64,000 nt of DNA from an uncultured bacterium (GTDB taxonomy: Bacteria; Krumholzibacteriota; Krumholzibacteriia; Krumholzibacteriales; Krumholzibacteriaceae), in contig CAWBAN010000003.1 in NCBI GenBank assembly GCA_963786935.1, positions 81,790 to 145,789 of the forward strand, written 5' to 3'. Position numbers and translations under genes: made by a program. Under the pieces are notes generated by a model, which worked only from the letters and a program-made list of their open reading frames with translations, made no database searches and was not told the origin of the DNA. Below, one piece after another: positions 1 through 10,887 of the stretch (position 1 is its first letter; every line of letters starts with the position of its first letter).

Positions 1-795
1 GATACGGTGAACCGGCTGATCGAAGCGCGCGTCGACGCGGAGAAGTTCAGCGTTGTTCGGGCGCAGCGGGAGACGATCGTCCGGGCGTTTCCGATCAGCA
101 TCGACGCGTCGTTCGCCGACGCACACGAGGCGGACGCGAGCGAGGTCGAACGGATCCGCGCGCGGCTCGGCCTCGAGGGGAAGATCACGGCAGTCGGCGT
201 CGACCGCGTTGATTACACGAAGGGCATCGTCGAGCGCATCCTCGCGGTCGACCGGCTCCTCGAGAAATACCCCGAATACCGCGGGAAGTTCGTCTTCATC
301 CAGTTGGGGGCGCCGAGCCGCACCAACATCAAGCGGTACCACGATCTCGGCGCCGAGATCGACGATCTGGTCCACCGGAAGAATCGGAAATACGCGGACG
401 GGGCATGGCGGCCCATCATTTACCTCAACCGTCACTTTTCGCCGGCGGAGATCAAGCCGTATTACGCGCTGGCGGATCTCTGCGTCGTGAGCTCACTCCA
501 CGACGGCATGAACCTCGTCGCGAAGGAGTACATCGCGGCGAAACGGGGATCGGGCGGGATGCTCGTCTTGAGCCGGTTCACCGGGGCGTCGCGCGAGCTC
601 GCCGACGCGGTGCTCGTCAATCCGTATTCGATCGAGGAGTTCGCGGATGCCATCAGGGCGGCGATCGAGATGCCGCCCGACGAAAAGCGCAGGCGCATGG
701 AAGCCATGCGGGGAGTGATTGCCGAAAATAACGTCTACCGGTGGGCGGCGAGCATTATTACGGAGCTCGTCTCGCTCAAGAGGAGCGGGGGCTGA
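1..795 (+). CDS. otsA: Trehalose-6-phosphate synthase (GT20), 5'-truncated by window edge
   Basis: GVDRVDYTKGI, HDGMNLVAKEY, LSRFTGA and LVNPY motifs; frame is open from base 1. Confidence 0.93.
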   Translation, partial: DTVNRLIEARVDAEKFSVVRAQRETIVRAFPISIDASFADAHEADASEVERIRARLGLEGKITAVGVDRVDYTKGIVERILAVDRLLEKYPEYRGKFVFIQLGAPSRTNIKRYHDLGAEIDDLVHRKNRKYADGAWRPIIYLNRHFSPAEIKPYYALADLCVVSSLHDGMNLVAKEYIAAKRGSGGMLVLSRFTGASRELADAVLVNPYSIEEFADAIRAAIEMPPDEKRRRMEAMRGVIAENNVYRWAASIITELVSLKRSGG

Positions 796-800
796 TCCGT

Positions 801-1604
801 ATGAAGCACCTTTTCGATCATCGGCGGGAGATCGATGCGGCGCTCGATGGGAGGCGCCTCCTCCTGATGCTCGATTTCGACGGCACGCTGGCGCCCATTG
901 CTTCGACTCCCGCCGAGGCGGCGATCCCCGCCGAGACGCGGAGCGAGCTCGTGCGGCTATCGAAGATCGCCTCGTGCACCGTCGCCGTCGTGAGCGGCAG
1001 GGCGCTCGGCGACGTGCGCGACAAGGTGGGGATCGAAGGCATCACGTACGTCGGAAACCACGGGCTCGAGGTTGCGCGGCCGAACGAGGAGCCGCGTCTC
1101 CTCGCGCCGCCGCCGGCCGCGGCGTCGATGGAGCGGTTGCGGGAGCGTCTCGCGGCGGCGCTCGCGCCGTTCGAAGGGGTTCTCATCGAGGACAAGGGCG
1201 TCTCGATCGCCGTCCACCACCGGCTGGTCGGGGATGAGGACCGGACGCGCGTCAAGGAGACGGTTTACGAAACGGTGCGGGCGTCGGCGGGGGAGGGAGA
1301 GATCGAGATCGGCGCGGGGGCGATGGTGCTCGAGCTCAGGCCGCCGCTCGGCCGCGACAAAGGGACGATAGTTTCCGCCATACTCGACGGGGAGGCGAAG
1401 CGGGGCTGCGCCGCGTCGTCGTTCGCGATGTATCTCGGCGACGACGTCACGGACGAGGACGCCTTCAAAGCGCTTCGGGGGCGCGGATGGCCGGTCCTCG
1501 TCGGTCGGCCTCGAATCTCGTATGCGGAATATTACCTCCGCGATCCGCGCGAGGTGGGGGAGCTGCTGGCGATGCTCGCCGGGCGGTTCCCGGAAGCGGG
1601 GTGA
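801..1604 (+). CDS. otsB: Trehalose-6-phosphate phosphatase (HAD IIB)
   Basis: LDFDGTL, VSGR, GNHGLE and GDDVTDED motifs; ATG at 801 just after the otsA stop. Confidence 0.93.
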   Translation: MKHLFDHRREIDAALDGRRLLLMLDFDGTLAPIASTPAEAAIPAETRSELVRLSKIASCTVAVVSGRALGDVRDKVGIEGITYVGNHGLEVARPNEEPRLLAPPPAAASMERLRERLAAALAPFEGVLIEDKGVSIAVHHRLVGDEDRTRVKETVYETVRASAGEGEIEIGAGAMVLELRPPLGRDKGTIVSAILDGEAKRGCAASSFAMYLGDDVTDEDAFKALRGRGWPVLVGRPRISYAEYYLRDPREVGELLAMLAGRFPEAG

Positions 1605-1607
1605 CCC

Positions 1608-2279
1608 ATGGAGGCATTGAAACGGGCGGAGAAGCCGTTCCGGTTCAGCACGAGGCTTCACCTGACCGAGCTCATGGGGCTCCGGGCGCGGAATTTGCGC
1701 GAGATGCTCGAGAAGCTCCACGAAGTGCCGGGCTCGTGCATATACCATCACACGCACCGGTATCTCCAGCAGCATCAGTTTCTCTCTCCCGAGCCGCCCA
1801 ACGACTTCGCGTACTGGGTCACCGAGATTCTCGGGGAGAGCGCGCTCGGGGAGAAGCTCGCGAGCATCGATACGGTCCGGCACCCGACGATCCGAAGCCT
1901 GCGGGAGAAGATCGTCGGCACAATCGAGGAACATCTCGCGGCCGAGCTGTCCTCACGGCGCAGATTCGCGCGCGAGGGGGAGGAGTTCCATTTCATTAAA
2001 TCCGTGAGCTTCATATTGCCGACCCCCTACGAGGCGTACGATCTGCGGGAACTGCACGATATACTCGGCAAGGTCACGGTCGACTCGATCTATTTTCATA
2101 TGTTCGAAGCGCGGTTGCGCCTCGAGCGGGGCGCCAACGATTTCTCCTTCTGGATCGAGACATCGCTGGGCGATACAAAGCTCGCCGCCGACATCGCGCG
2201 CCTCGATCCGTACACGCGGACCCTCGACAACCTGCGCAGGACGATCATGAAGCTCATCGAGCAAAGGATACCGGGATAG
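1608..2279 (+). CDS. DUF5752-like protein of trehalose clusters
   Basis: Two internal repeats (IYHH..NDFAYW / IYFH..NDFSFW); lies between otsB and treT. Confidence 0.75.
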   Translation: MEALKRAEKPFRFSTRLHLTELMGLRARNLREMLEKLHEVPGSCIYHHTHRYLQQHQFLSPEPPNDFAYWVTEILGESALGEKLASIDTVRHPTIRSLREKIVGTIEEHLAAELSSRRRFAREGEEFHFIKSVSFILPTPYEAYDLRELHDILGKVTVDSIYFHMFEARLRLERGANDFSFWIETSLGDTKLAADIARLDPYTRTLDNLRRTIMKLIEQRIPG

Positions 2280-2280
2280 C

Positions 2281-3495
2281 ATGCCGCGCATCGATGAATA
2301 TGCCCCCATCGTCGGTCAATCGATCGTCGACGATCTGCGTCTCCTCGGCCGGAAGCTCGAGGGGAAGATTGTCCAGCATATCAACTCGACCTCCGTCGGC
2401 GGCGGTGTCGCGGAGATACTGAACCGCATGGTTCCGCTCCTGCGCGATCTCGGTGTCGACACCCGCTGGGACCTCATCAAGGGAGGGGAGCAGTTCTTCG
2501 CCGTCACCAAGAAGTTTCATAACGCGCTCCACGGGCGGCCGCACGATCTTACCCCGCGTGACTTCGAGATCTTCCGCGAGACGAGCGCCGAGAACGTCCG
2601 GGACGTGGACATCCACGGCGATATCGTCTTTATCCACGATCCGCAGCCGATCGCCCTCGTCGAGCGCCGGAACGACAACAAATGGCTCTGGCGCTGCCAT
2701 GTCGACGTGTCGAATCCGGATCGGAAGGTATGGAGATTCCTCCGCGCGTACATCGACCGCTACGATTCGGCGGTCTTCTCGTCGCCGGCATTCTCCCCGC
2801 GGATTCCCATCAGGCAGTTCCTCATCGCGCCCTCGATCGATCCGCTCAGCGACAAGAACAGGGACCTGCCGGACGAGACGGTCGACGCCGTGCTCGTGAA
2901 GTACGGCGTTCCCCGTGACAAGCCGATCGTGACCCAGATCTCCCGCTTCGATCGCCTGAAGGATCCGGTCGGCGTGATCGAGGCGTACACGCAGGTGAAG
3001 CGGTACATCGACTGCCGGCTGATTCTCGCGGGGGGCTCCGCGACGGACGATCCCGAGGGAGCGATGGTCCTTCAAGAAGTGAACGAGCGGGCGGCGAACG
3101 ATCCCGAGATCCACGTGCTCCTCCTGCCGCAGAACGACCTCGAGGTCAACGCGCTTCAGCGCGCCTCGACCGTCATCGTTCAGAAATCGCTCAGGGAGGG
3201 CTTCGGCCTCACCGTGGCGGAGGCGCTCTGGAAGGGAAAGCCCGTCGTCGCCTCCAACGTGGGAGGGATCCCGCTCCAGGTGACGCACAAGTACTCGGGG
3301 CTCCTCTGCCATTCGGTCGAAGGAGCCGCCTTCGCGATCAAGCAGCTCCTGAGCAGCCCCGAGTATGCCCGCAGGCTCGGCGAGAACGGGCGGGAGCATG
3401 TGCGCAACAATTTCCTGCTCACGCGCCATCTGCGGGATTACATGCTGCTGTTCCTCTCGCTCTATCATCCCGGCGACGTCGTCCACCTCGATTGA
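2281..3495 (+). CDS. treT: Trehalose glycosyltransferring synthase (GT4)
   Basis: NSTSVGGGVAEIL, IHDPQP, WRCHVD, SRFDRLKDP and EGFGLTVAEALWK motifs. Confidence 0.9.
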   Translation: MPRIDEYAPIVGQSIVDDLRLLGRKLEGKIVQHINSTSVGGGVAEILNRMVPLLRDLGVDTRWDLIKGGEQFFAVTKKFHNALHGRPHDLTPRDFEIFRETSAENVRDVDIHGDIVFIHDPQPIALVERRNDNKWLWRCHVDVSNPDRKVWRFLRAYIDRYDSAVFSSPAFSPRIPIRQFLIAPSIDPLSDKNRDLPDETVDAVLVKYGVPRDKPIVTQISRFDRLKDPVGVIEAYTQVKRYIDCRLILAGGSATDDPEGAMVLQEVNERAANDPEIHVLLLPQNDLEVNALQRASTVIVQKSLREGFGLTVAEALWKGKPVVASNVGGIPLQVTHKYSGLLCHSVEGAAFAIKQLLSSPEYARRLGENGREHVRNNFLLTRHLRDYMLLFLSLYHPGDVVHLD

Positions 3496-3587
3496 CACGG
3501 CGCCTTCCGCCGATTATATTGATTTCGGGACACCACCACCAAACGCCTGTCGACAGAGGGCCTCCAATCGAGAAAGGGAGGGGAGTC

Positions 3588-4172
3588 ATGAAGACACTGC
3601 TCTCAGTCATGATCCTTGTCGCTATCATGGCCGGCAGCGCCTGCGCATGCGACGGCATGCTGTCGCTCTACGCGGATCAGTCGGCGACCCAGTGCTCCGC
3701 CGCGCTCGCATGCTGCCAGAGCCTGCCGATGTACCTCATGTACGTCCGGGGGGATGGGCCGGAGATCGCGCCCGGGATGGCCTTCAAGCTGGAGAAATCG
3801 TCGGGGGGTGTTGCGTTCCTCGAGCCCGAATGGCCCGGGGCGTTCATGACCTACGGCAGCCTCCAGGGGGGCATCGACGTCGTCGTCAGATGCGGCGAGG
3901 ATTGGTGCTCGGGCGCCGAGACCGTCTCCTACATGGGGACGATTCCGGTCGTGAACTTCTCCGAGACGGGCACATTCACCGTGAAGGTGGCGGATTCGCC
4001 GAACTATAACGGGGTGATCGTCCTGTTGTGCCAGCCGGCCTATCCGATGTATCACGCGATCGGCGGCACGTTCGTCTTCAACGGCGAATGCAGCACCGCG
4101 GACGATCCGTACGGCACGAAGCTCGCCGTCGAGACGACGAGCTGGGGCGGCATCAAGAGCCTCTTCGAGTAA
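3588..4172 (+). CDS. Secreted Cys-containing protein with C-terminal TTSWGGIKSLFE tail
   Basis: Signal peptide MKTLLSVMILVAIMAGSACA; purine-rich RBS upstream; tail shared with two other ORFs. Confidence 0.8.
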   Translation: MKTLLSVMILVAIMAGSACACDGMLSLYADQSATQCSAALACCQSLPMYLMYVRGDGPEIAPGMAFKLEKSSGGVAFLEPEWPGAFMTYGSLQGGIDVVVRCGEDWCSGAETVSYMGTIPVVNFSETGTFTVKVADSPNYNGVIVLLCQPAYPMYHAIGGTFVFNGECSTADDPYGTKLAVETTSWGGIKSLFE

Positions 4173-4296
4173 ACCTGCAGCCGCCCCGGGGCGATCCGGG
4201 GCGGCACATCGAATCGATCGCTTTCATCAAAATATCATGACAGAATCGCCCCACCTTCTTCGTCTTATTACCGCAGCACGGACGAGGGAGGAATCC

Positions 4297-4818
4297 ATGG
4301 ACATCGATCGACGGCTCGTCGACGCGTGTCGCGGCGGAGACGCCGAAGCGTACGCCGGGCTTGTGAAGCGCTACTCGAGGAGCGTCTTCGCGGTCTGCCT
4401 CGGCACCTTGGGGAACGTTCAGGACGCCGAGGACGTCTCGCAGGAGACCTTCATCAAAGGTCTCGCCCGCATCGGCCAGCTGCGGGACGGCGCTCAGTTC
4501 GGCCCGTGGCTCACGAAGGTCGCCCGCAACCTGTGCCTCGATTACGTGCGAAGGAAGAAGCGAGGCGCGGAGATCGTCGCCCTCTCGGGCGGCGATCGAC
4601 GGAGCCCGGGGGACGAGCACGCCGATCTTCGCGAGGCGATCGCCAGGCTGTCCGAAAAAAACCGGCTCCCTCTCATGCTGTACTATTTCGACGGCCGGAG
4701 CTCGGAGCACGTCGCCAGCGCCCTCGGGATTTCGACGGACGGCGCCCTCACGAGACTGAGCCGCGCCCGGAAGGAGCTCAGGAAATTGATCGATTCGGAA
4801 GAGGTGTCCCATGAATAG
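4297..4818 (+). CDS. ECF RNA polymerase sigma-70 factor
   Basis: DAEDVSQETFI, FGPWLTKVARNLCLD and region 4 (RLSRARKELRK); GGAGG RBS. Confidence 0.92.
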   Translation: MDIDRRLVDACRGGDAEAYAGLVKRYSRSVFAVCLGTLGNVQDAEDVSQETFIKGLARIGQLRDGAQFGPWLTKVARNLCLDYVRRKKRGAEIVALSGGDRRSPGDEHADLREAIARLSEKNRLPLMLYYFDGRSSEHVASALGISTDGALTRLSRARKELRKLIDSEEVSHE

Positions 4819-6235
4819 AGAATGCAAGAGAGCCAGGGGCGATATCGAGCGGTCCTCCATCGAGCCTCTCGCGCGGGAGCGGCAGAATGAAATCGACGCG
4901 CATGTCGAGCGCTGCGCCGCCTGCCGAGAATATCTCGAAGCGATGCGCGGGGACGAGCGGGCGCTGATGAATTTCACGAGCTCGATGGATCCTTCCGTTG
5001 AAAGGATCGAATGGGAGTCCATCCGCGCCGCGGCGTGCGGCGTCGCGGCCGAACCGGTCGAACGCGCGCGGGCCTGGAGGCGAATCACAGGATCAAGAAT
5101 CGCCGTTTATGCTGCTGCTGCGGTCGCTCTCGTCGCCGTGCTCTGGGGGCTCAACCATTATACCGGCGTCTTCGTGGGTGAGCCCGCCTTCGCCGACGTC
5201 ATGGCGAAGATCAATACGGCGGAGAACGTGACGTTCCGCCAGATCATGAGGATCGAGGGGGGAGAGCCATGGACGACGGAGAACATGGCGACGGATACGG
5301 GTGTCCTGCGCTGGACGCTCGGGGGGAACGTCAACATCATGGATTTCAATAAGGGGATCGATCTTACTATGAGTCCATCCGAGAAGCGGGCGACCCTCGT
5401 CCGCCGCGTTGGTCGACCGCCTCGCAAGGGATTATTCAACTACGTGAGCTTTATCTCGACTCTCCACAACGGTCCGTCGGGGAAATTCGTCGGCCGCGAG
5501 AAGATCGACGGCTTCGACGCGAACGTCTTCGCGGTCAAGGACGGTGATTTTCTGTCGATCCGGATATGGGCGGACCCAAAAACGAATCTCCCCCTCCGGG
5601 TGATTTGGACGATGAAGCACAATCCGGAGCTGGACGTCACCGTACCGAGGATCTCCGTGTACGAGCGCGATTTCGGCGGAGATGTAAGGGTCTCGTGCAT
5701 ACTAACCAGAAGCGGCACGGGCGGCATTGCGCAGAGTACGGAGATGACGTTCGAGAATTTCGAATGGAACGAGAAGCTCGATCCGGATCTCTTCAGCGTG
5801 ACGCCGCCGCCGGGCTACACCGTGAACGAGCAGGATCTCGACGATTCGTACGAGGGGGAGAAGGATCTCGTCGACGCTCTCTCCTTCTGGGCGTCGATGT
5901 CGCAGAAGAGCTTTCCCGAGCAGATCGCCGATTTGTGCGCGGAGGAGAAAGTTCGGCCGAAGCTCATCGAAGCGTACGACAAGCAGGGCGATCCGCATAA
6001 GGAATATCAAGAGGCGCTGACCGCGGCCGGGCTGCTGCTCGACGGTCTCTATTTTTCACAGGACATGAAGGGAAACGGGGACTGGCACTACGCCGGCTCC
6101 GGCGTGAAGCTCGGCGACAAGAGCACGTCCGTCTGCTGGTGGAAGCCAGAGGGCTCGTCGAAATACCGGATACTCTACGGCGACTTGCGTCTGGCCGACA
6201 TCGACGAGGCGGATTTGCCCAAGGAGTCCCGGTGA
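4811..6235 (+). CDS. Anti-sigma factor: ZAS zinc finger, one TM helix, LolA-like periplasmic domain
   Basis: HVERCAAC (HxxxCxxC); hydrophobic TM segment; WADPKTNLPLR and LDPDLFSVTPPPGY LolA-like motifs; overlaps the sigma stop. Confidence 0.8.
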   Translation: MNRECKRARGDIERSSIEPLARERQNEIDAHVERCAACREYLEAMRGDERALMNFTSSMDPSVERIEWESIRAAACGVAAEPVERARAWRRITGSRIAVYAAAAVALVAVLWGLNHYTGVFVGEPAFADVMAKINTAENVTFRQIMRIEGGEPWTTENMATDTGVLRWTLGGNVNIMDFNKGIDLTMSPSEKRATLVRRVGRPPRKGLFNYVSFISTLHNGPSGKFVGREKIDGFDANVFAVKDGDFLSIRIWADPKTNLPLRVIWTMKHNPELDVTVPRISVYERDFGGDVRVSCILTRSGTGGIAQSTEMTFENFEWNEKLDPDLFSVTPPPGYTVNEQDLDDSYEGEKDLVDALSFWASMSQKSFPEQIADLCAEEKVRPKLIEAYDKQGDPHKEYQEALTAAGLLLDGLYFSQDMKGNGDWHYAGSGVKLGDKSTSVCWWKPEGSSKYRILYGDLRLADIDEADLPKESR

Positions 6236-6244
6236 AGCGCGGTC

Positions 6245-9063
6245 CTATCGGAGCAGGACCAATTTGCGGGAACGCATTTCCTTTCCCGCCTGTAGACGGC
6301 AGAAGTAAATGCCCGAGGCAGCCGGTTTCCCGAGACTGTCCCGTCCGTTCCACATGAGCGTGTGATGGCCCGCCGGCTGATCCCGGTCGGCGAGAGTCGC
6401 GATCGTCCTCCCGGCCGCGTCATATATCTCGACCTTCACGCGGCATCTCTCGGGCAGGTAGTAGCGGATCGTCGTCGAGGGGTTGAACGGGTTCGGGACA
6501 TTCTGGGAGAGCGTGAGGGGGAGCCTCGGCGTCGAGAGAATCTCCGTTTCGAAGAGCGTGCGGCTTCCGTTTGCGTCCGATATCCGCACCTGGTAACGGT
6601 ACTGCGCTCCGGCTTCGACGGCATTATCGACGAAGCCGAACGAGAGACCGTCACGAGAAATCGCGGGAGTGATTGCTTCCCATATCGGATCGGCGGCGCC
6701 GCCATCGCGGGCGTCGGTGCGCGAGATTTCGAACGCGGCGCCCTCGTCGAGCTGCGAAAGCTGCCACGAAACCCTGATTCCGGTCTCGGTCGGGCCTGCC
6801 TCGAAATTCATGAGCTCCGTCGCGACGAGCGGCCCGCGGGAGATCGAGATCTTCCGCGCGAAGATGTCCCAATTTCCCGTCCGGCTGTCGCGCCACGCGA
6901 GGAGCGCGTTGCCCGAGACATCGGGGGCGAGGAACAGATTCGTTTGATCGTCGTTGCTGACCATGGCGTGCGCGCCATAATCGTAATCATTCCAGAGAGC
7001 GTTGCCCGTCGAATCGACCTTGCTCATGAATATGTCGCTGCCCAGCTGATTCTGCGTGACCAACTCCGATCCGTTGAAGTGCCGGATCACGTGAGGCTTG
7101 CCGGATATCCAGATGTCGCTTCCGGCCGTGCCCCACACGCCGTACAGCTTGTTCGTCGAGGCCGGTTCGACGGTCGCATAGGTGCCGTCCCAGTGGGCGA
7201 GGAAGCCGCTCTCGAACACGCCGTAGACATTGGTCGTATCCGTTCCCCAGAGACTGAAGCCCATCCCGACCGATCCGAGACTGATGGTTCTCCATCCGCT
7301 CCCGTAGCGGATGAGCAATTTGTCGGAGGCGCCCGCGAAAACGCGATTGTCCGGGCCCACCCAGACGCTGTGCAGTACCCCGGGCGTCGTCATGACGATC
7401 TTGTTCCACGTCGTTCCGTCGTAATGAAGGGTGAGGCAATAGCTGTCCTGCGTGCCGACCACGTAGATGTCGGAGCTCGAAGTGCCGTGAACGCCGTACA
7501 GGTCGCATGTCGTGCCATACGGGGATTGCACCCAAGAGGATCCGTTCCAGTGATACATCTGCTTGGCCGTGCCGACCGCCCAGACGTCGCCCGGTCCCGA
7601 GCCCCAGACGCCGTAGAGCTGCGTAACGGACTTTGTGTACGTCTCGAGGTGCCATGCAGCGCCGTTGTAGTGGATGATCGTGCAGTCCGCGCCGACTGCA
7701 TATACGTTGCCATGGCTCGTTCCCCAGACGCCGTGCAGATGTTTCGTCGTCGGTGAGCTCATCATCGTCCATTTCACGCCGTCGAAATGAACGATGAGCC
7801 CGTTATCGCCGACGGCGAAAATGTCGCTCGCCGAGAAGCCCCATATGCCGCATATGATGCTGTTCTGCGGCTGGGGGACGACCCGTTCCCACGCGAACAC
7901 GGCTCCGCCCTCTCCGTCGGGAATCGCGAGGGCGTTTCGGCACTGATTGCGGGCATCGGAGAGCCGCTTTCCGTTCATGTCCCAAACCGGCGCGCCCGCC
8001 TGATCGATGCGTTGGGCGAAGAGCGTCCCGACGCCGCCGACGGGCATGACCCAGTGGACGATCGCGCTCTTCGAAGGCCCCTCCGTGACGCGGATCTCGC
8101 TCTTCGTCCCGCCGGTCGCGCACACGGGGACTCCATCGGGCGCCCACACGGCGCCGCCCGATGCGTCGAGCCTCTGCGCATAGATGTACGTGCTCACCCG
8201 ATCGTCGAACCAGGCGACAAAAGCCCCCCGGCTCCGTCGGACGCGATGCGGGGGGTCGACTGGTTCGCCGTGTACGAGATGACGGTGGCGCCGCTGTCGC
8301 CCCAGAGGCGGTTCCCGCCGATATCCATCTTCTGGGCGAAGACATCGGAGCTCGCGGTTCTCCTGCCGGCCCATGCAACGATGAGATCGCCGGATTCGTT
8401 GCGGATCGCCGAGTAACTGCTCAATACGTCGTCCTCGAGGTATACGGCGGCCGGAGCAGGACCCCAGAGCCGGTTGCCGTCCGCGTCGATCCGCTGCGCC
8501 AGGACATGATAATCGCTCCAGTAATTGCAGCCCCACGGCTCCCAGTAGAGGGTGCCGTTCCTCCAGAGAAGGATCACGCCGCCTGCGCCGTCGGGGAACA
8601 TCCGAAGATCGAGCTCGCTCCCGTTGCCGGTTTCCGTCGTGATCCGCATGCTCCACAGGATCGAGCCGGCCGCGTCGAGCCTTTCGACATACATCCGCGA
8701 GCTGGCGAGCGGGCAATCGAACGTGCCGATCCCGACGTCTCTCCGGAACGCGACGAAGACGCCCCCCGCGCCGTCAGGCTGTATGGCTTCATCCACACCC
8801 GACACCGTCGCTTCGACGCCGTTGGCCGTCCAGAGCGGCGTCCCTTCCGAACCGAATTTCTGAGCGTATATACCTCTCCTGTAGTCCTCCCAGGCGACGA
8901 AGGAGCCTCCCGTGCCGTCCGCGACGATGACCGGATCCTGCTGATACTTGGGATCAGTGCAGACGGGGATATCCTCCTGCAGCCAGCCTGCGCGGAGCGA
9001 GGGCGTCCCGATGATGGATAGCGCGAGAATGAAAAGGAAGGGGAGTCGATACGGTCGTTTCAT
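6245..9063 (-). CDS. Secreted repeat/beta-propeller protein with C-terminal FlgD-Ig/T9SS-like domain; frameshift near 8224-8229
   Basis: Signal peptide and DGxGGxxVAW repeats in ORF 8194-9063 continue in ORF 6245-8716; ends LSQNVPNPFNP...YFCRL...KLVLLR; one extra G restores DGAGGAFVAW. Confidence 0.82.
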
Positions 9064-9266
9064 GGCGGCGCCTCCGCGCGCGGCACGTGGGCGGTTTCCG
9101 TTTCTGCCCGCGCGGAATTCGCCGGGTAACGGTTCGCTCGTCCGCTCGATGTGCCGAATGTTCGCTTCAATAGCAGAGGTGCCGGTATCTTCCCCTTATG
9201 ATGCGCCGGAATCCCGAGATCCGATGGAATCCGACCTTGATATTGTAGCAGATCGCCGCCGGCGCG

Positions 9267-9599
9267 TCAATCATGAACGTCCGGCTCCGGCGCGGCCGGT
9301 TCGAGCGTGACGACCGTCGCGCCCCAGCCCCCTTCGTCCTCCATCGCCGTTTTGTACGAGACGACTCCGGGGAGCTTCGAGAGGATCGAAAGGACCGAAC
9401 GCTTGAGGGCGCCGGTCCCCTTGCCGTGGATGATCCGCACCCGGAGAATCCCCTTCTCGCGGCACATGTCGAGGTAGTGGGGCACGAGATCCCTGACGTC
9501 CCCCGGCTGGAACTGATGCAGATCGAGAATGCCGTCGATCGGGATTTCCAACGGATCGCCTTCATCGCGCGGATTCTCTTCGTCGCCGTCCATGTCCAT
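9267..9599 (-). CDS. Stand-alone Smr/MutS2 domain protein
   Basis: LDLH, IIHGKGTGAL and GGWGATVV motifs. Confidence 0.9.
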   Translation of the reverse strand: MDMDGDEENPRDEGDPLEIPIDGILDLHQFQPGDVRDLVPHYLDMCREKGILRVRIIHGKGTGALKRSVLSILSKLPGVVSYKTAMEDEGGWGATVVTLEPAAPEPDVHD

Positions 9600-9749
9600 G
9601 CGGACAATTATTCATCTGGACTTCGCCGATTTCTAGTGCTAATTTCCCATGAAACGATGGGGGGAAGCGCCTCCCTGCACGGATACAAGGCGGGACGCCG
9701 GTCGCAGCGGCCAGCGTCTCATTTTTCTTTCAAATGGAGGGATCGACGC

Positions 9750-10781
9750 ATGAGATCTTTAGTGGCATTCACGATATTTCTCGCGATCGCGCTCGCCTTT
9801 TCGGTGACCGGCTGCTCGAAGAAGGGGAAGGGCGGCTCGGGGGCGGACAGCGTGGCCGCCGCCAAGGCGGAGGCCGCGAAGACGGTCGTCGCGAAGATCG
9901 GCAGCAAATCGGTCACGCTGCTCGACGTTCAGCGTCAGGAAACGATGCTCACGCAGCAGCTCCAGGGCTACGCCGACTCCGCGCAGATCATCGCGATGAA
10001 GCCCACGATCCAGAAGCAGGCGTTCAACAACGCGGTGAACAGGGTCCTCCTCGAGAACGCCCTCGCGACAACCGGCGCCAAGGCCGACGAGAAGACGATC
10101 GCCGAGCGGCTCGACTATTACCGCAAGAACTTCGTTTCGGACGAGGCGTACAACGCCGATCTCGCGAAGAAGGATATGACGCCGGAAGATTTCCGGCACG
10201 AGATCGAGATCGGTATCATGGCCGAGGAGCTCTTCAACAAGCGCACGGCGACTATCCCGGCGGTGAGCGACAAGGAAGCGCGCGCGTTCTACGACGCCAA
10301 CAAGGATCGTTTCATGCAGCCGGAGCGTGTGAAGGCGAGCCACATTCTCCTCACGGTGGACAAGGCCGCGTCCGATTCGCTCCGCGCGGCGAAGAAGGCC
10401 GAAGCCCAGCGCATTCTCGGCGAGCTCAAGAAGGGGGCCGATTTCGCCGATATGGCCCGGAAATACTCCGACTGCCCGAGCAAGCAGCAGGGCGGAGATC
10501 TCGGTTTCTTCCAGCGGGGACAGATGGTGCCCGAGTTCGAGAACGCGGCGTTCGCCCTCAAGCCGGGGCAGATGAGCGGCATCGTGGAGACGCAGTTCGG
10601 CTATCACATCATCAAGACGGCCGAGTACGCCAAGCCGAGCACCGTCCCCTTCGATGAGGCGAAGCAGAATATCGTGCAGTACCTGTCGGAGCAGAAGAAG
10701 CAGCAGGCGCTCACGGCGTATTTCGACAGCCTGCGCGCGGCGTCGAACATGCAGGTCATGGACTCGAGCTTCGTGCGCTGA
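9750..10781 (+). CDS. Parvulin-type peptidyl-prolyl isomerase lipoprotein (PrsA/SurA-like)
   Basis: Lipobox-like VTGC; VKASHIL, GGDLGFF, MVPEFE and TQFGYHII motifs; GGAGG RBS. Confidence 0.92.
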   Translation: MRSLVAFTIFLAIALAFSVTGCSKKGKGGSGADSVAAAKAEAAKTVVAKIGSKSVTLLDVQRQETMLTQQLQGYADSAQIIAMKPTIQKQAFNNAVNRVLLENALATTGAKADEKTIAERLDYYRKNFVSDEAYNADLAKKDMTPEDFRHEIEIGIMAEELFNKRTATIPAVSDKEARAFYDANKDRFMQPERVKASHILLTVDKAASDSLRAAKKAEAQRILGELKKGADFADMARKYSDCPSKQQGGDLGFFQRGQMVPEFENAAFALKPGQMSGIVETQFGYHIIKTAEYAKPSTVPFDEAKQNIVQYLSEQKKQQALTAYFDSLRAASNMQVMDSSFVR

Positions 10782-10808
10782 TTTTCGCGGAATCCGCGAC
10801 GCAATGCG

Positions 10809-10840
10809 AAGGCGCCCTCCCCGGGGGAGGGCGCCTTTTT
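10809..10840 (+). terminator. Rho-independent terminator
   Basis: AAGGCGCCCTCCC-CGG-GGGAGGGCGCCTT hairpin ending in a T run. Confidence 0.85.
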
Positions 10841-10887
10841 CGTCAGAGGCTGACCGCGGCCTGCGCGGGACGGCGCGAACGGATCGA

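Noticed and set aside
8224-8229. Programmed ribosomal frameshift at the homopolymer
   Set aside because: No canonical slippery heptamer with a stimulatory structure recognised; the same defect occurs in truD
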